Shown here one piece after another: positions 9,504 to 17,785 of a DNA stretch of 26,761 nucleotides. Below the pieces are notes generated by a model. That model ran no database searches. It was not told the DNA's origin and was given only the letters and a program-made list of their open reading frames with translations. This stretch comes from a virus (Duplodnaviria; Caudoviricetes), in IMG/VR virus record IMGVR_UViG_3300034410_000053, positions 1 to 26,761 of that record. One strand, given 5' to 3'. The translations under genes and the position numbers were made by a program. Every line of letters begins with the position of its first letter. Within the stretch, counting starts at the first letter, position 1.

Positions 9504-11063
9504 TTACTCTTGTGCTTGTTGAGCAGCACCACTCACAGCTTTGACAGCTTCAGGTGTGGCCTTAGATGCGATATCTCCCATCATTTGTTGGGCCATCATC
9601 TGCTGTTGCTGTTGTTGCATAGCGGCTTGTTCTTGCTGCTTCTGTTCAGGGGATTTAATTAAACCGTTAGTATCGATACCGAGTGATGCACCGAGACGAT
9701 CAATGTAGTCGTCGATGTTCATCTCATTAGCGATAACCTCAGGGCCTAGTGGTTGCAGGTATTGCAAAAACTGAGCGAGTTTGTTGAGGTCTTGTCCACG
9801 GCCCAACGCCTCCATGCCTGTAACAATGGTAGGCTTTACGCTGTCTTTAGGCATCTTAGGCATTTTGCCTTCGCCTTCCAGACGGGCAAGGATCAAGTTA
9901 ACCAGAGGCATCTGGAACTCTTGCGATAGGATAGAGTAAACTCCACCTAAAGCTGTCTCTAGTTCCTGCGCCATGTAACGAACTTCTTCAGCAGTTACAC
10001 GTTCAGCATTACGCTGTACGCTGGAGTTGAGTAGGAATGCAAAAGACAAACGCTCAGTAATTGTTCGAGTTGTCTCTAGTGCTACTCGGAAGTCACCTGC
10101 TTTCTGTACCTGTAGAGTGGATACGTCATTGGCATCGCCAGTAACGATTGCACCATTAGGTGATTGAGCTAGGTTCTTGGCCTTTGTAGTGCCATTAGGA
10201 CGCACAAGGAATAGGACCTTGGCAGACGCAGCACTACCTTCGACGATTGCTTGGGTAAGTGCTTCGAGAGATCGTAAGTCACCTATGTATTCTTCCACGA
10301 AACCACGGCCATAGTCCTCACCATCTACACGGCTAAACCGGAGAGGGATGAAGGGGCAGCGATCCTTAGGATAAGAGCCATAGGAGCTTGGTATTCTTAT
10401 ACCTTGGACTTCTTGATATACTTCCCACTTCTTACCTTTAAGGTGTACGCAGGTGTAGAGATCATAGTCCTTGGTGTTTCTATCTTCAGGGTCAGTCAGT
10501 AATGCACGTGTCTCTTCATCTAGCATTAGTGGAGATACTGACTCCTTTGTTATCATTTCTAGTACGTTACCCATTGCGTCACGTTTAACTACGTAACGGT
10601 CTAGGCGGTACACTTTCATGCCATCTTTCTTGGGCATGTAAACGAGAGCGTTACCTGCTACGACAAGTTGCTTCAGTGCTTCAAACACTGGAACACGAAC
10701 AGCCGAGCCTTCTATTTCAGAAAGACCAGCCCGTTCGATACGTCCTAATGCTTCTTCAACAGCACCACGTGCATCTTTACCAGCGACCTGTGCTAGGTCG
10801 TAGTCATCGATAACCAGTCGGAAGAAGGGACTATTAGGAGGCAAGAGTGTGAGCAATAACTTGGAGGCTAAGTTGTTAACGCCTCGGCTACCTACTGACT
10901 GATAAGGAGTATCATATTCGGTAGACCCTGAGTGACCATCGGGTGGTACTAGGGTGGGGATAGTTAGTATTGCTGCTTCTCTTGCTCGTCGCAGGAAGGC
11001 ATCTCGTGCAGCTTCTAGCTGTGCATAGCGACCTGCTACGCTTCCGTTGCCTTCTTCAATCAT
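9504..11063 (-). CDS. Portal (head-tail connector), T7 gp8-like
   Basis: 519 aa; QSVGSRGVNNLASKL, GEDYGRG, RNAERVTAEEVR, TGMEALGRGQD motifs. Confidence 0.97.
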   Translation of the reverse strand: MIEEGNGSVAGRYAQLEAARDAFLRRAREAAILTIPTLVPPDGHSGSTEYDTPYQSVGSRGVNNLASKLLLTLLPPNSPFFRLVIDDYDLAQVAGKDARGAVEEALGRIERAGLSEIEGSAVRVPVFEALKQLVVAGNALVYMPKKDGMKVYRLDRYVVKRDAMGNVLEMITKESVSPLMLDEETRALLTDPEDRNTKDYDLYTCVHLKGKKWEVYQEVQGIRIPSSYGSYPKDRCPFIPLRFSRVDGEDYGRGFVEEYIGDLRSLEALTQAIVEGSAASAKVLFLVRPNGTTKAKNLAQSPNGAIVTGDANDVSTLQVQKAGDFRVALETTRTITERLSFAFLLNSSVQRNAERVTAEEVRYMAQELETALGGVYSILSQEFQMPLVNLILARLEGEGKMPKMPKDSVKPTIVTGMEALGRGQDLNKLAQFLQYLQPLGPEVIANEMNIDDYIDRLGASLGIDTNGLIKSPEQKQQEQAAMQQQQQQMMAQQMMGDIASKATPEAVKAVSGAAQQAQE

Positions 11064-11064
11064 A

Positions 11065-11403
11065 TTACACCATTGGGATGTTTAAGCCTGACTTGATACC
11101 TAAGGGATTTAGGCCAGCCATTTGACTTGATTTTTGTCTTGAACGTAAGTTTTGCTTTGCCTCACGTTGTGATTTCTTTATTGAAAGTATTCGCTTCTTG
11201 TCATTAAACGTCTGGACTGCTGTAGGAGCAGCCTCTTCTGTCGGCACTACAGGAGCAGGTTCTTCTACTTCTCCGTCAACTCTGGGAGCTTCGTTCGCTT
11301 CGACGAACTGTGGCTCATCCATAAGTGTAGGTATTTGCAGGTCTTTCAGGAAATTAATGAAACCTTGGAATGAACTTTCATTGGAACTTTTTTGCTGTTC
11401 CAT
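11065..11403 (-). CDS. Small virion-associated protein, gp6.7/gp7.3-like
   Basis: 112 aa; acidic Pro/Ala middle, basic C-terminal segment ending SGLNIPMV; TAATG coupling to the upstream gene; stop 1 nt before the portal start. Confidence 0.6.
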   Translation of the reverse strand: MEQQKSSNESSFQGFINFLKDLQIPTLMDEPQFVEANEAPRVDGEVEEPAPVVPTEEAAPTAVQTFNDKKRILSIKKSQREAKQNLRSRQKSSQMAGLNPLGIKSGLNIPMV

Positions 11404-11621
11404 TAACCGTTAGGAATGTTTAGCCCTGCACCAGTGCCGGGTACATTCGCTGAATCGGTTCGAGCAATACGTAGTGAACGCTTGCCACGTCTTTTCTTCT
11501 TGGCAATCTCAGAATTTTTCTCTTCTTCATAAGCCGACGATGCGAACTCAGGAGTCTGAGAAGTTACTGGTGCTGATTGCGCTGGTGTTGATGCGGATGA
11601 ACCGCCTCCTCCCATGCACAT
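11403..11621 (-). CDS. Small virion protein, T7 gp6.7/gp7.3-like
   Basis: 72 aa; MC start, KKRRGKRSLRIAR...GLNIP tail resembling the gp7.3 C-terminus; upstream of the portal. Confidence 0.7.
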   Translation of the reverse strand: MCMGGGGSSASTPAQSAPVTSQTPEFASSAYEEEKNSEIAKKKRRGKRSLRIARTDSANVPGTGAGLNIPNG

Positions 11622-11622
11622 A

Positions 11623-11808
11623 TTAATTCTCCTCTAAGGTCTCCTCGAACAATTGTTGCAGGTGGTAGATTATACTCTGCTGTCCTTGGAGATATGCGAT
11701 TTGTTGTGGGGTTACCGGGTCCATTGGTAGAGTGTCAGGGAATGTTTCCTTAAGCTTCTCTATCAACGCCTCAGTAATACTATAGTTTATATTATGAATT
11801 ACTTTCAT
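11623..11808 (-). CDS. Small hypothetical protein, first gene of the late operon
   Basis: ATG 11808 with GAGG SD, directly downstream of a phage-promoter motif; FPDTLP..AYLQGQQSII sequence. Confidence 0.7.
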   Translation of the reverse strand: MKVIHNINYSITEALIEKLKETFPDTLPMDPVTPQQIAYLQGQQSIIYHLQQLFEETLEEN

Positions 11809-11826
11809 ATAGAACAACCTCGTGTT

Positions 11827-11843
11827 CGATAGTGGAACTTTAG
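11827..11843 (-). promoter_or_regulatory. Putative phage RNAP promoter (late/structural operon)
   Basis: CTAAAGTTCCACTATCG, identical to 22386-22402; the CACTAT core matches T7-family promoters; intergenic between nrdB and the structural genes. Confidence 0.8.
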
Positions 11844-11855
11844 AAAACTAGGGGT

Positions 11856-12809
11856 TTACCACCCCCAGTCACCTTCCATTCCATCCGCATTGTAGTCAGT
11901 TACAGTACCTTCAAAGAAGTTCTTGAAGCTGTCCCCGTTGAGTACCCAGTCCAGCCAAGGCAGTGGGTTCTCCATAGCTTTGGTCCAGTTAGGTTTAAGC
12001 CCAAGCTGGGTCAGTCTACGGTTAGCCACATACCTGATGTACTTCTTGACTTCCTCTTCAGTCAGTCCTTCGATACCGTCCATCTCAAAGGCAAGTTCAA
12101 TAACCTTATCCTCAAGCTTCACTGCATCTCTAAACATCTGGTAGATACCAGCCTTGAAATCATCTGTTACAATACGAGGGTGTTCATTACAGAACTCACG
12201 GAACACTTTAACCATGCCTTCACAGTGCATAGTCTCGTCACGTACTGACCACTCTACGATCTCGCACATGCCCTTCATCTTACCAAAGCGTTGGTAGTTC
12301 AGCAGCATCACAAACGCAGAAAAGAGGGACATGCCCTCGTTAAGTACAGAACGAGCAATAGCAGAAGCTAGTCCCGTGTGGCTGTTCACATCGATATCAC
12401 CCATGAACTCAATCTTCTCAGCCATCTCAGAGACTTCTAAGAATGCTGAATACTCTTCCTCAGGTAGACCTAAGGTGTCGTTGAGTAGGGCATAAGCTCG
12501 TTGGTGTACGAACTCCCGGTTAACAAACGAGGTAAGCATAGCTCGTATCTCGTTGTTCTTAAACTTCTGTAGGTAATACTCGATGTAGTTAGTACCTACT
12601 GCTACGTCTGATTGGGTAAACAGTCGGAGGATTTGAGTGATGTGGTTCTTCTCTTCCTTCGTCAGCTTCCCACTCTGCCATTGGGACACGTCATCCTGTA
12701 GCTTGGCTTCCCATTCACCCCAATGTATCTTCTCGTGGCTTACTGCTACGTCCACAGCCCACGGGTATTGAAAAGGTTTGTATACCTTAGATGCTTCAAG
12801 CAGACTCAT
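11856..12809 (-). CDS. nrdB: Ribonucleotide reductase class Ia beta subunit
   Basis: 317 aa; YKPFQYPWA, FTQSD, EFVHQRAY (radical Tyr), EG, RDETMH and NFFE motifs. Confidence 0.95.
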   Translation of the reverse strand: MSLLEASKVYKPFQYPWAVDVAVSHEKIHWGEWEAKLQDDVSQWQSGKLTKEEKNHITQILRLFTQSDVAVGTNYIEYYLQKFKNNEIRAMLTSFVNREFVHQRAYALLNDTLGLPEEEYSAFLEVSEMAEKIEFMGDIDVNSHTGLASAIARSVLNEGMSLFSAFVMLLNYQRFGKMKGMCEIVEWSVRDETMHCEGMVKVFREFCNEHPRIVTDDFKAGIYQMFRDAVKLEDKVIELAFEMDGIEGLTEEEVKKYIRYVANRRLTQLGLKPNWTKAMENPLPWLDWVLNGDSFKNFFEGTVTDYNADGMEGDWGW

Positions 12810-12981
12810 GTGCAGTCTCCACGATGTACTTAGCTGTCTCCATAGCCGCAGGGGTATTCATACTACCACGACTCAAGATCAGCGCAGTCACGATAGAAAC
12901 TAGGTCTGCTTTATTCATTGCATTGGTTGCTGCTTTCGGTGTTGGGGTTTTCTTTTGTGTTGTCTTTTTTGCTTCGGTCAT
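12796..12981 (-). CDS. Hypothetical protein (61 aa)
   Basis: ATG 12981 (MTEAKK) with GGAG SD; overlaps the nrdB start. Confidence 0.6.
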   Translation of the reverse strand: MTEAKKTTQKKTPTPKAATNAMNKADLVSIVTALILSRGSMNTPAAMETAKYIVETAHESA

Positions 12982-13096
12982 TATTTTTTTCTCCAAAAAT
13001 TCTATCCCACCCACTTGCGTAGGCTTCGTTATCAGCACCGGCTCTACGGTCAGAACCCTTGCCTCCGTTTTTTACTGTTCTAAAATTACCTGCCAT
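12911..13096 (-). CDS. Small hypothetical phage protein
   Basis: ATG with GGAGG SD overlapping the thyX end; GGKGSDRR...AYASGWDRIF resembles small phage proteins (recognition only). Confidence 0.55.
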   Translation of the reverse strand: MAGNFRTVKNGGKGSDRRAGADNEAYASGWDRIFGEKNNDRSKKDNTKENPNTESSNQCNE

Positions 13097-13724
13097 ACGT
13101 GATGACCTCCCATGCTATGGGAAACTCAGGAGCAATGGCCTCAGAGAGCTTGGTTGCAAACTCCTGTGCCTCGGCTTGTGAACCGTTACCTGCCCGTAAG
13201 TTATACACATGTGCAAATGATAGTAGGTTGCCGGACCAAATGAAGTTAACCATCATCGACTGAGGGAGAACCATACGAGCCATCTCTGGCGCAATGCCAT
13301 TCTTGAGCATAGCCTCATACAGACCATCAGCCTGTACGATGTACTCCATGTACTCATGGGTCCACTCGTCACTTAAGGGATGCTTACCTTCACTTCCTTG
13401 TTTGATCCCACCCTCAGGTCGAGACCGCCACTCGTCGGGACAGTAAAACTCAGGTGGGTTATCAATGTATCGTCTACTTTCCTCGTTCCACGATAGGCCA
13501 GCTTGATGCTTTCCAAGTTGCCTAGCAAGGAAGACAGGCACACTACAGCGAAGAGATATAAAATTATGACGGAAGGGAGTATCATGCTTGTGTTCATATA
13601 AGTATCTGATGAGCTTTTCGTCACCTTCACCTATCTCCTTTACTTCTTTAGCGAAACTTACTCTCGCTGAATTGACAATACTGAGGTCACCCCCAGCACT
13701 GTCGATTAGTTCCACGTGGATCAT
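13086..13724 (-). CDS. thyX: Flavin-dependent thymidylate synthase
   Basis: 212 aa; IVNSARVSF, H.TPFRH, RQLGKHQAGLSWNEESRRY, PEMARMVLPQS, Q.EAQ motifs. Confidence 0.93.
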   Translation of the reverse strand: MIHVELIDSAGGDLSIVNSARVSFAKEVKEIGEGDEKLIRYLYEHKHDTPFRHNFISLRCSVPVFLARQLGKHQAGLSWNEESRRYIDNPPEFYCPDEWRSRPEGGIKQGSEGKHPLSDEWTHEYMEYIVQADGLYEAMLKNGIAPEMARMVLPQSMMVNFIWSGNLLSFAHVYNLRAGNGSQAEAQEFATKLSEAIAPEFPIAWEVITYGR

Positions 13725-13732
13725 GGCATCTC

Positions 13733-13942
13733 CTAATGTTTGCTTACTTTGCTTCCTGCAAGCATGGCATCTAGCGCAGCTTGGTAGCCGATAGATAAAC
13801 CTTGGTTCAGGTCTATGATTGCTTGCAGGTCTTCTATGTCTGGTAGTTGTGAGAGGTAACCTTTTAGTAACTCCTCACACTCATCGAGGTATGCGTGTAC
13901 ATCCTCAGGTTCTACTTTGTGTTCTTCTGTAAAATTATCCAT
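13733..13942 (-). CDS. Acidic hypothetical protein (69 aa)
   Basis: Overlaps the nrdA stop and fills the gap to thyX. Confidence 0.65.
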   Translation of the reverse strand: MDNFTEEHKVEPEDVHAYLDECEELLKGYLSQLPDIEDLQAIIDLNQGLSIGYQAALDAMLAGSKVSKH

Positions 13943-15662
13943 GACAACTTAAGCACTCGTCTGCGTCTTGGAGAGCGACACGCTGCACGTCCACACTGAT
14001 CTTATCAGCAGATGCACCAGCAGAAGTACGTAGATAGTACAGGCCCTTAAGCTTCTTTCTCCAAGCTCTTAGGTGTACGGCATTGACGTAGTTCTTAGGT
14101 GTACCGGCAGGGAAGAACAGGTTGACTGACTGACCTTGGCACACGTATGGCTGTCGGTCTGCGGCATGATCCACTACCCATTGTTGATCTAGTTCAAAGG
14201 CAGTCTTAAAGACTTCCTTCACGTCTTCAGGGATGTCCAGTTGTTGTACTGATCCCTCACCTTGGATGATGCTCTTCCATATTTCAGGAGTGTTCATTCC
14301 TAATTTATCAAGTTCTTTCTCAAGGTATTTATTCTTTACAAGGTGCGCCCCAGCACGGGTACGGTGTGTGAATGCGTTCGATTTTAAAGGCTCAATTGAA
14401 GCACTGCACCCACATATAATGCTGGAGTTAGCGTTAGGAGCGATAGCAATAAGATGTGCGTTACGCTTACCGCTGCCTTGTAAGTCTTTCGGTTCGCCAC
14501 GTTCTTGGGCCAACTTCTTGCTCTCACTTACAGCCTCCGTTTGGATGTGATTAAACATTTGCATATTGTACACCTTGCCCATCACGCCTTCCCAAGGGAT
14601 GTTCTTGCTCTGCAAGTACCCGTGGAAGCCCATCGCTCCTAGTCCCAAGCTACGCTCTCGCTCTGCTGAGTATTTAGCTTTGGATAATTCGTCGGGAGCA
14701 TGGTTGATGAAGAAGGTCAGCACATTATCAAGGAACCTAATCAGGTCCTTAACCATTGGCGTATCCTTCCACTCGTCATACTTCTCTAGGTTGACAGACG
14801 ACAAGCAGCACACGGCTGTCCTGTCTTCAGACGTGGGCAGGTGGATTTCGTTGCAGAGGTTTGAGCCGTGGATTCTAAGTCCAAGCTTGCTCTGCATGGG
14901 ATTGAGTTGTCTGTTAGCCTCATCGATAAAGTTAAGGTAAGGGCTTCCAGTTCTGAAGCGAGCTTCGATAACTCGTTGCCATAACTCACGAGCTTTGATT
15001 GTTTCTCTAACATCTCCTGTGTGAGGGTCAGTAAGTTTCCAGTCATCGCCATTTTCTACAGCCTCCATAAACTCGTCAGTGATATTCACTGCGTTAAATA
15101 GGTTGAAACATTTACGGTTGATGTCACCACCAGTAGGAACCTTGAAGTTTATAAACTCAATAATGTCCGGGTGGCTGATATCTAAGTAAGCAGCATAGCT
15201 ACCCTTACGTGTCTTGCCCTGTTTATAGGCAGTCATCTGACTATCGACTACTTTCATAAATGGGATAGGACCGGGTGACTTATCACTGATCCCTCGCACG
15301 TCAGCCCAGTGTCCTCCTACTCCACCACCCTTTACGGATAGCCAACTGACTTCACTGTTATGATCGATAAGAGAGTCAAGGTTGTCGCCAACGTAAGATA
15401 GGAAGCAAGAGATAGGTAGACCTCTCGGCTTCTCTCCTCGTGGGGGAGCGTTACTAAGTACAGGAGATGAATACATAAACCAGCGATTACTAGCGTAGTT
15501 ATAGATACGTTGTGCAAACTCATCGTCGCCTCCACTATATGCTAAAGCTGCACGAGCGAGGGCATCTTGTGGGTCCTCGTCAGGCAGACAGTAGTATTCT
15601 TTAAGCAGTGTAAGTGCTTGCTCTGTGAATGTTTCGTTTCTGGAGTAGTCAACATTAATCAT
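13935..15662 (-). CDS. nrdA: Ribonucleotide reductase class I alpha subunit, compact, no ATP-cone
   Basis: 575 aa; SSPVLSN, PISCF, GGGVG, SNLCNEI, CCLSS, IAPNANSS, LYYLR and terminal CLSC. Confidence 0.95.
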   Translation of the reverse strand: MINVDYSRNETFTEQALTLLKEYYCLPDEDPQDALARAALAYSGGDDEFAQRIYNYASNRWFMYSSPVLSNAPPRGEKPRGLPISCFLSYVGDNLDSLIDHNSEVSWLSVKGGGVGGHWADVRGISDKSPGPIPFMKVVDSQMTAYKQGKTRKGSYAAYLDISHPDIIEFINFKVPTGGDINRKCFNLFNAVNITDEFMEAVENGDDWKLTDPHTGDVRETIKARELWQRVIEARFRTGSPYLNFIDEANRQLNPMQSKLGLRIHGSNLCNEIHLPTSEDRTAVCCLSSVNLEKYDEWKDTPMVKDLIRFLDNVLTFFINHAPDELSKAKYSAERERSLGLGAMGFHGYLQSKNIPWEGVMGKVYNMQMFNHIQTEAVSESKKLAQERGEPKDLQGSGKRNAHLIAIAPNANSSIICGCSASIEPLKSNAFTHRTRAGAHLVKNKYLEKELDKLGMNTPEIWKSIIQGEGSVQQLDIPEDVKEVFKTAFELDQQWVVDHAADRQPYVCQGQSVNLFFPAGTPKNYVNAVHLRAWRKKLKGLYYLRTSAGASADKISVDVQRVALQDADECLSCHG

Positions 15663-15970
15663 TGCACTCCATCCTTTACAAAGACACCATCGACCATCTT
15701 ACCTTTACGGTCTTTGATATCTTCCCAAGCTTGTTCAACACACTCTTGCATGGTTAGGTTCCACGCTGCTGTTTGCATCACCAAGGTTACGAAGATATCT
15801 CCGATAGCATCTTTAATTTCGTGGTGGTTCTGGCTGACTATGCCTTGTGCTAATTCACCTGCTTCTTCCATAGTCTTGTTGAACTGTGCAACGGGGTCTA
15901 CGTTGGGGAGGATACCACGGTCCTTACCCCACTCTAATATATTATCTTCAAGTTGTTCTAAGTTCATCAC
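15659..15970 (-). CDS. MazG-like nucleotide pyrophosphohydrolase
   Basis: 103 aa; KTMEEAGEL...IKDAIGD (EE..E...D..D) motif and RKGKMVDGVFVK tail. Confidence 0.85.
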   Translation of the reverse strand: MMNLEQLEDNILEWGKDRGILPNVDPVAQFNKTMEEAGELAQGIVSQNHHEIKDAIGDIFVTLVMQTAAWNLTMQECVEQAWEDIKDRKGKMVDGVFVKDGVQ

Positions 15971-16323
15971 CAGTTAGTTCCTTTAGTTTGTTCTAAGAGT
16001 TCAATCATTTTGTCCAAGTACCAACGGGCTTTCTTGGCATCCTCGATGGGCTTGCCTTTGCCCCATAACCGGGAGCCAGTGTACTTGAGTACATTGCCGT
16101 GGCAGTATTGGATTGCGTCATACTCACCCATCACATCAATGATGTACTCGATGGTCTCGATGCGTCCTGAGTTGTAGTGAGCAGGAGAGTTTACGTTGCA
16201 CGTTTCCTCTGGCTTGCTCTTCTCTACTGCTGGATGTTCCTGCCGCAGTCTATCCCAATCAGCAGGAGTGGCACTGTCTATGCTACTCGGACTGATACGA
16301 TTATTTTCATTTGATCCTACCAT
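15967..16323 (-). CDS. DUF3310 / T7 gp1.7-like nucleotide kinase domain protein
   Basis: VNSPAHYNSGRIETI, GNVLKY..R..GKG...EDAKKARWYL; likely start ATG 16323 (GAGG SD). Confidence 0.8.
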   Translation of the reverse strand: MVGSNENNRISPSSIDSATPADWDRLRQEHPAVEKSKPEETCNVNSPAHYNSGRIETIEYIIDVMGEYDAIQYCHGNVLKYTGSRLWGKGKPIEDAKKARWYLDKMIELLEQTKGTNW

Positions 16324-16333
16324 ACATGCCTCT

Positions 16334-17062
16334 CTAATTAGGTTGCCACAGGATTGGTTGGTTGGTGTCATAGTCGTATTCCCCTGTGCGTAGGATACGA
16401 GCTAGGTGTGCGTTCTCTAAGGCGACTGCTGTGTTGAGACCTGCTCTCTGGTAAGCTTCAACTACTGCACCCCACATGTCCTCTTGACCCAGCAGTATTT
16501 TCTCTGCTGTCTTGGGGCCTACCTTGGGACAGCCGGGGTAGTTATCTACCATGTCTCCCATCAGTGTCTGCTTGAAGAAGTTGTAGTCAGCCTCTTCGAC
16601 TGAGTTCTCTTTGACTACTCCATCAATGACCATCAGTCCCGGTACAGTCAGCAAGTCCTTATCAGTGGACCAGATCACATACTCAGGGCCAGCCGAAGCA
16701 TACATACCGAGGACATCATCAGCCTCTAGGTTAGGCAGGGTACGTCCATCAAACTCCGAGGCTAAATAATCTTTAGCGTAGCGGAGAAGCATGGGCCTAC
16801 GAATGTCCTTACGGTTTTCCTTGTAGTAAGGAGCCACCTCTTTTCTGAAGTTCTTCGTATCGGAGATAGCTGCTGCTACCTGCTTGATGCCTGTCTGTTC
16901 CTGTAGATTAGCTATGAAGTTATTGATGCGCTGCTCTACGTCACTCTCGAAAGCGTGAAGTGTCCAACAGTCCTCATCCCATCTGATAGGAGTCTCGGCT
17001 GCTGATGCACATTGATATGCAATGATGTCTGCGTCTAACACTAAGGTCTTAGTATTCGTCAT
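16334..17062 (-). CDS. 5'-3' exonuclease, T7 gp6-like
   Basis: 242 aa; LDADIIAY, NFRK...YKENRK, LEADD, STDKDL, GDMVDNYPGCPKVG, ARILR. Confidence 0.95.
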   Translation of the reverse strand: MTNTKTLVLDADIIAYQCASAAETPIRWDEDCWTLHAFESDVEQRINNFIANLQEQTGIKQVAAAISDTKNFRKEVAPYYKENRKDIRRPMLLRYAKDYLASEFDGRTLPNLEADDVLGMYASAGPEYVIWSTDKDLLTVPGLMVIDGVVKENSVEEADYNFFKQTLMGDMVDNYPGCPKVGPKTAEKILLGQEDMWGAVVEAYQRAGLNTAVALENAHLARILRTGEYDYDTNQPILWQPN

Positions 17063-17222
17063 CCTGCTCCTCCTCTTGTTGTTGGTTTTTAAAAACTATG
17101 ATCCCTTCCTTAACCTCAAGCCAAGTAAGGTACGTCTCCACAAGCAGCTTGATTGCAAAGGCTATACTCACTAGCAGGAAGCTAGATAGGAGGATCACTT
17201 GAAATATAAATGTCATGTCCAT
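17049..17222 (-). CDS. Small predicted membrane protein (57 aa; below the ORF-track cutoff)
   Basis: Hand translation MDMTFIFQVILLSSFLLVSIAFAIKLLVETYLTWLEVKEGIIVFKNQQQEEEQDDEY; overlaps both neighbours and fills the gap. Confidence 0.7.
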   Translation of the reverse strand: MDMTFIFQVILLSSFLLVSIAFAIKLLVETYLTWLEVKEGIIVFKNQQQEEEQDDEY

Positions 17223-17785
17223 TCGTTACACTCGTGTAATTGTTTCATAAGTTTTGTTACTTGAGTGCGTGTCAGTCGGAACCATTCACCCCTACGTTCT
17301 GTAGCTTCTGTTTCAAATAACTCGTGAGCCTTAAGCTCTAGCTTCCTACGGTTACCTGTCTCTACTGAGGTGAGTAATTCATAGCTTCGGTAGGGGCAGG
17401 ATGTTTGGTAGCTGCTCAGTCTATCTTGTGCATCTACTGCCATTCCTATCTTGAACCAGTTAGGCCAAGCCGGATTGTAGATAGCGTAGACCTCACCACC
17501 ATCCATCGTATCTAGTCGCTTGTGACTGTGTGCATCATCCCAGTTCTTATAACGTCCGGGCTTATGCAGTGGATGCTGCTTGCTTACATACTCTTTACCA
17601 ACCCACATACGTTCACTGTTGTTTAGATCGTGTGTGGCTTTGGTGTCCTTGTAGTAGCGAGGGCGTCCTGTTGCTGGGTTAATGTGTGTCTGCCCAATTA
17701 GCTCCAACTGAATAGTCGGAATCGAGTGGACATCTAAAGTTGTAGTATCGTTCTGTGTCGAACATTGCTTTCTTGACAAGTTCAC
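17213..17785 (-). CDS. T5orf172/GIY-YIG-like nuclease domain protein
   Basis: GEVYAIYNPAWPNWFKIG...RLSSYQT..P...E..AH...GEWF; GTG 17785 with GAGGAG SD inside the polymerase gene; start uncertain. Confidence 0.8.
   Translation of the reverse strand: MNLSRKQCSTQNDTTTLDVHSIPTIQLELIGQTHINPATGRPRYYKDTKATHDLNNSERMWVGKEYVSKQHPLHKPGRYKNWDDAHSHKRLDTMDGGEVYAIYNPAWPNWFKIGMAVDAQDRLSSYQTSCPYRSYELLTSVETGNRRKLELKAHELFETEATERRGEWFRLTRTQVTKLMKQLHECNEWT

Noticed and set aside
9560-9650. CAG/CAA-rich repeat at the portal 3' end
   Set aside because: It encodes the Gln/Met-rich tail common in T7-like portals.
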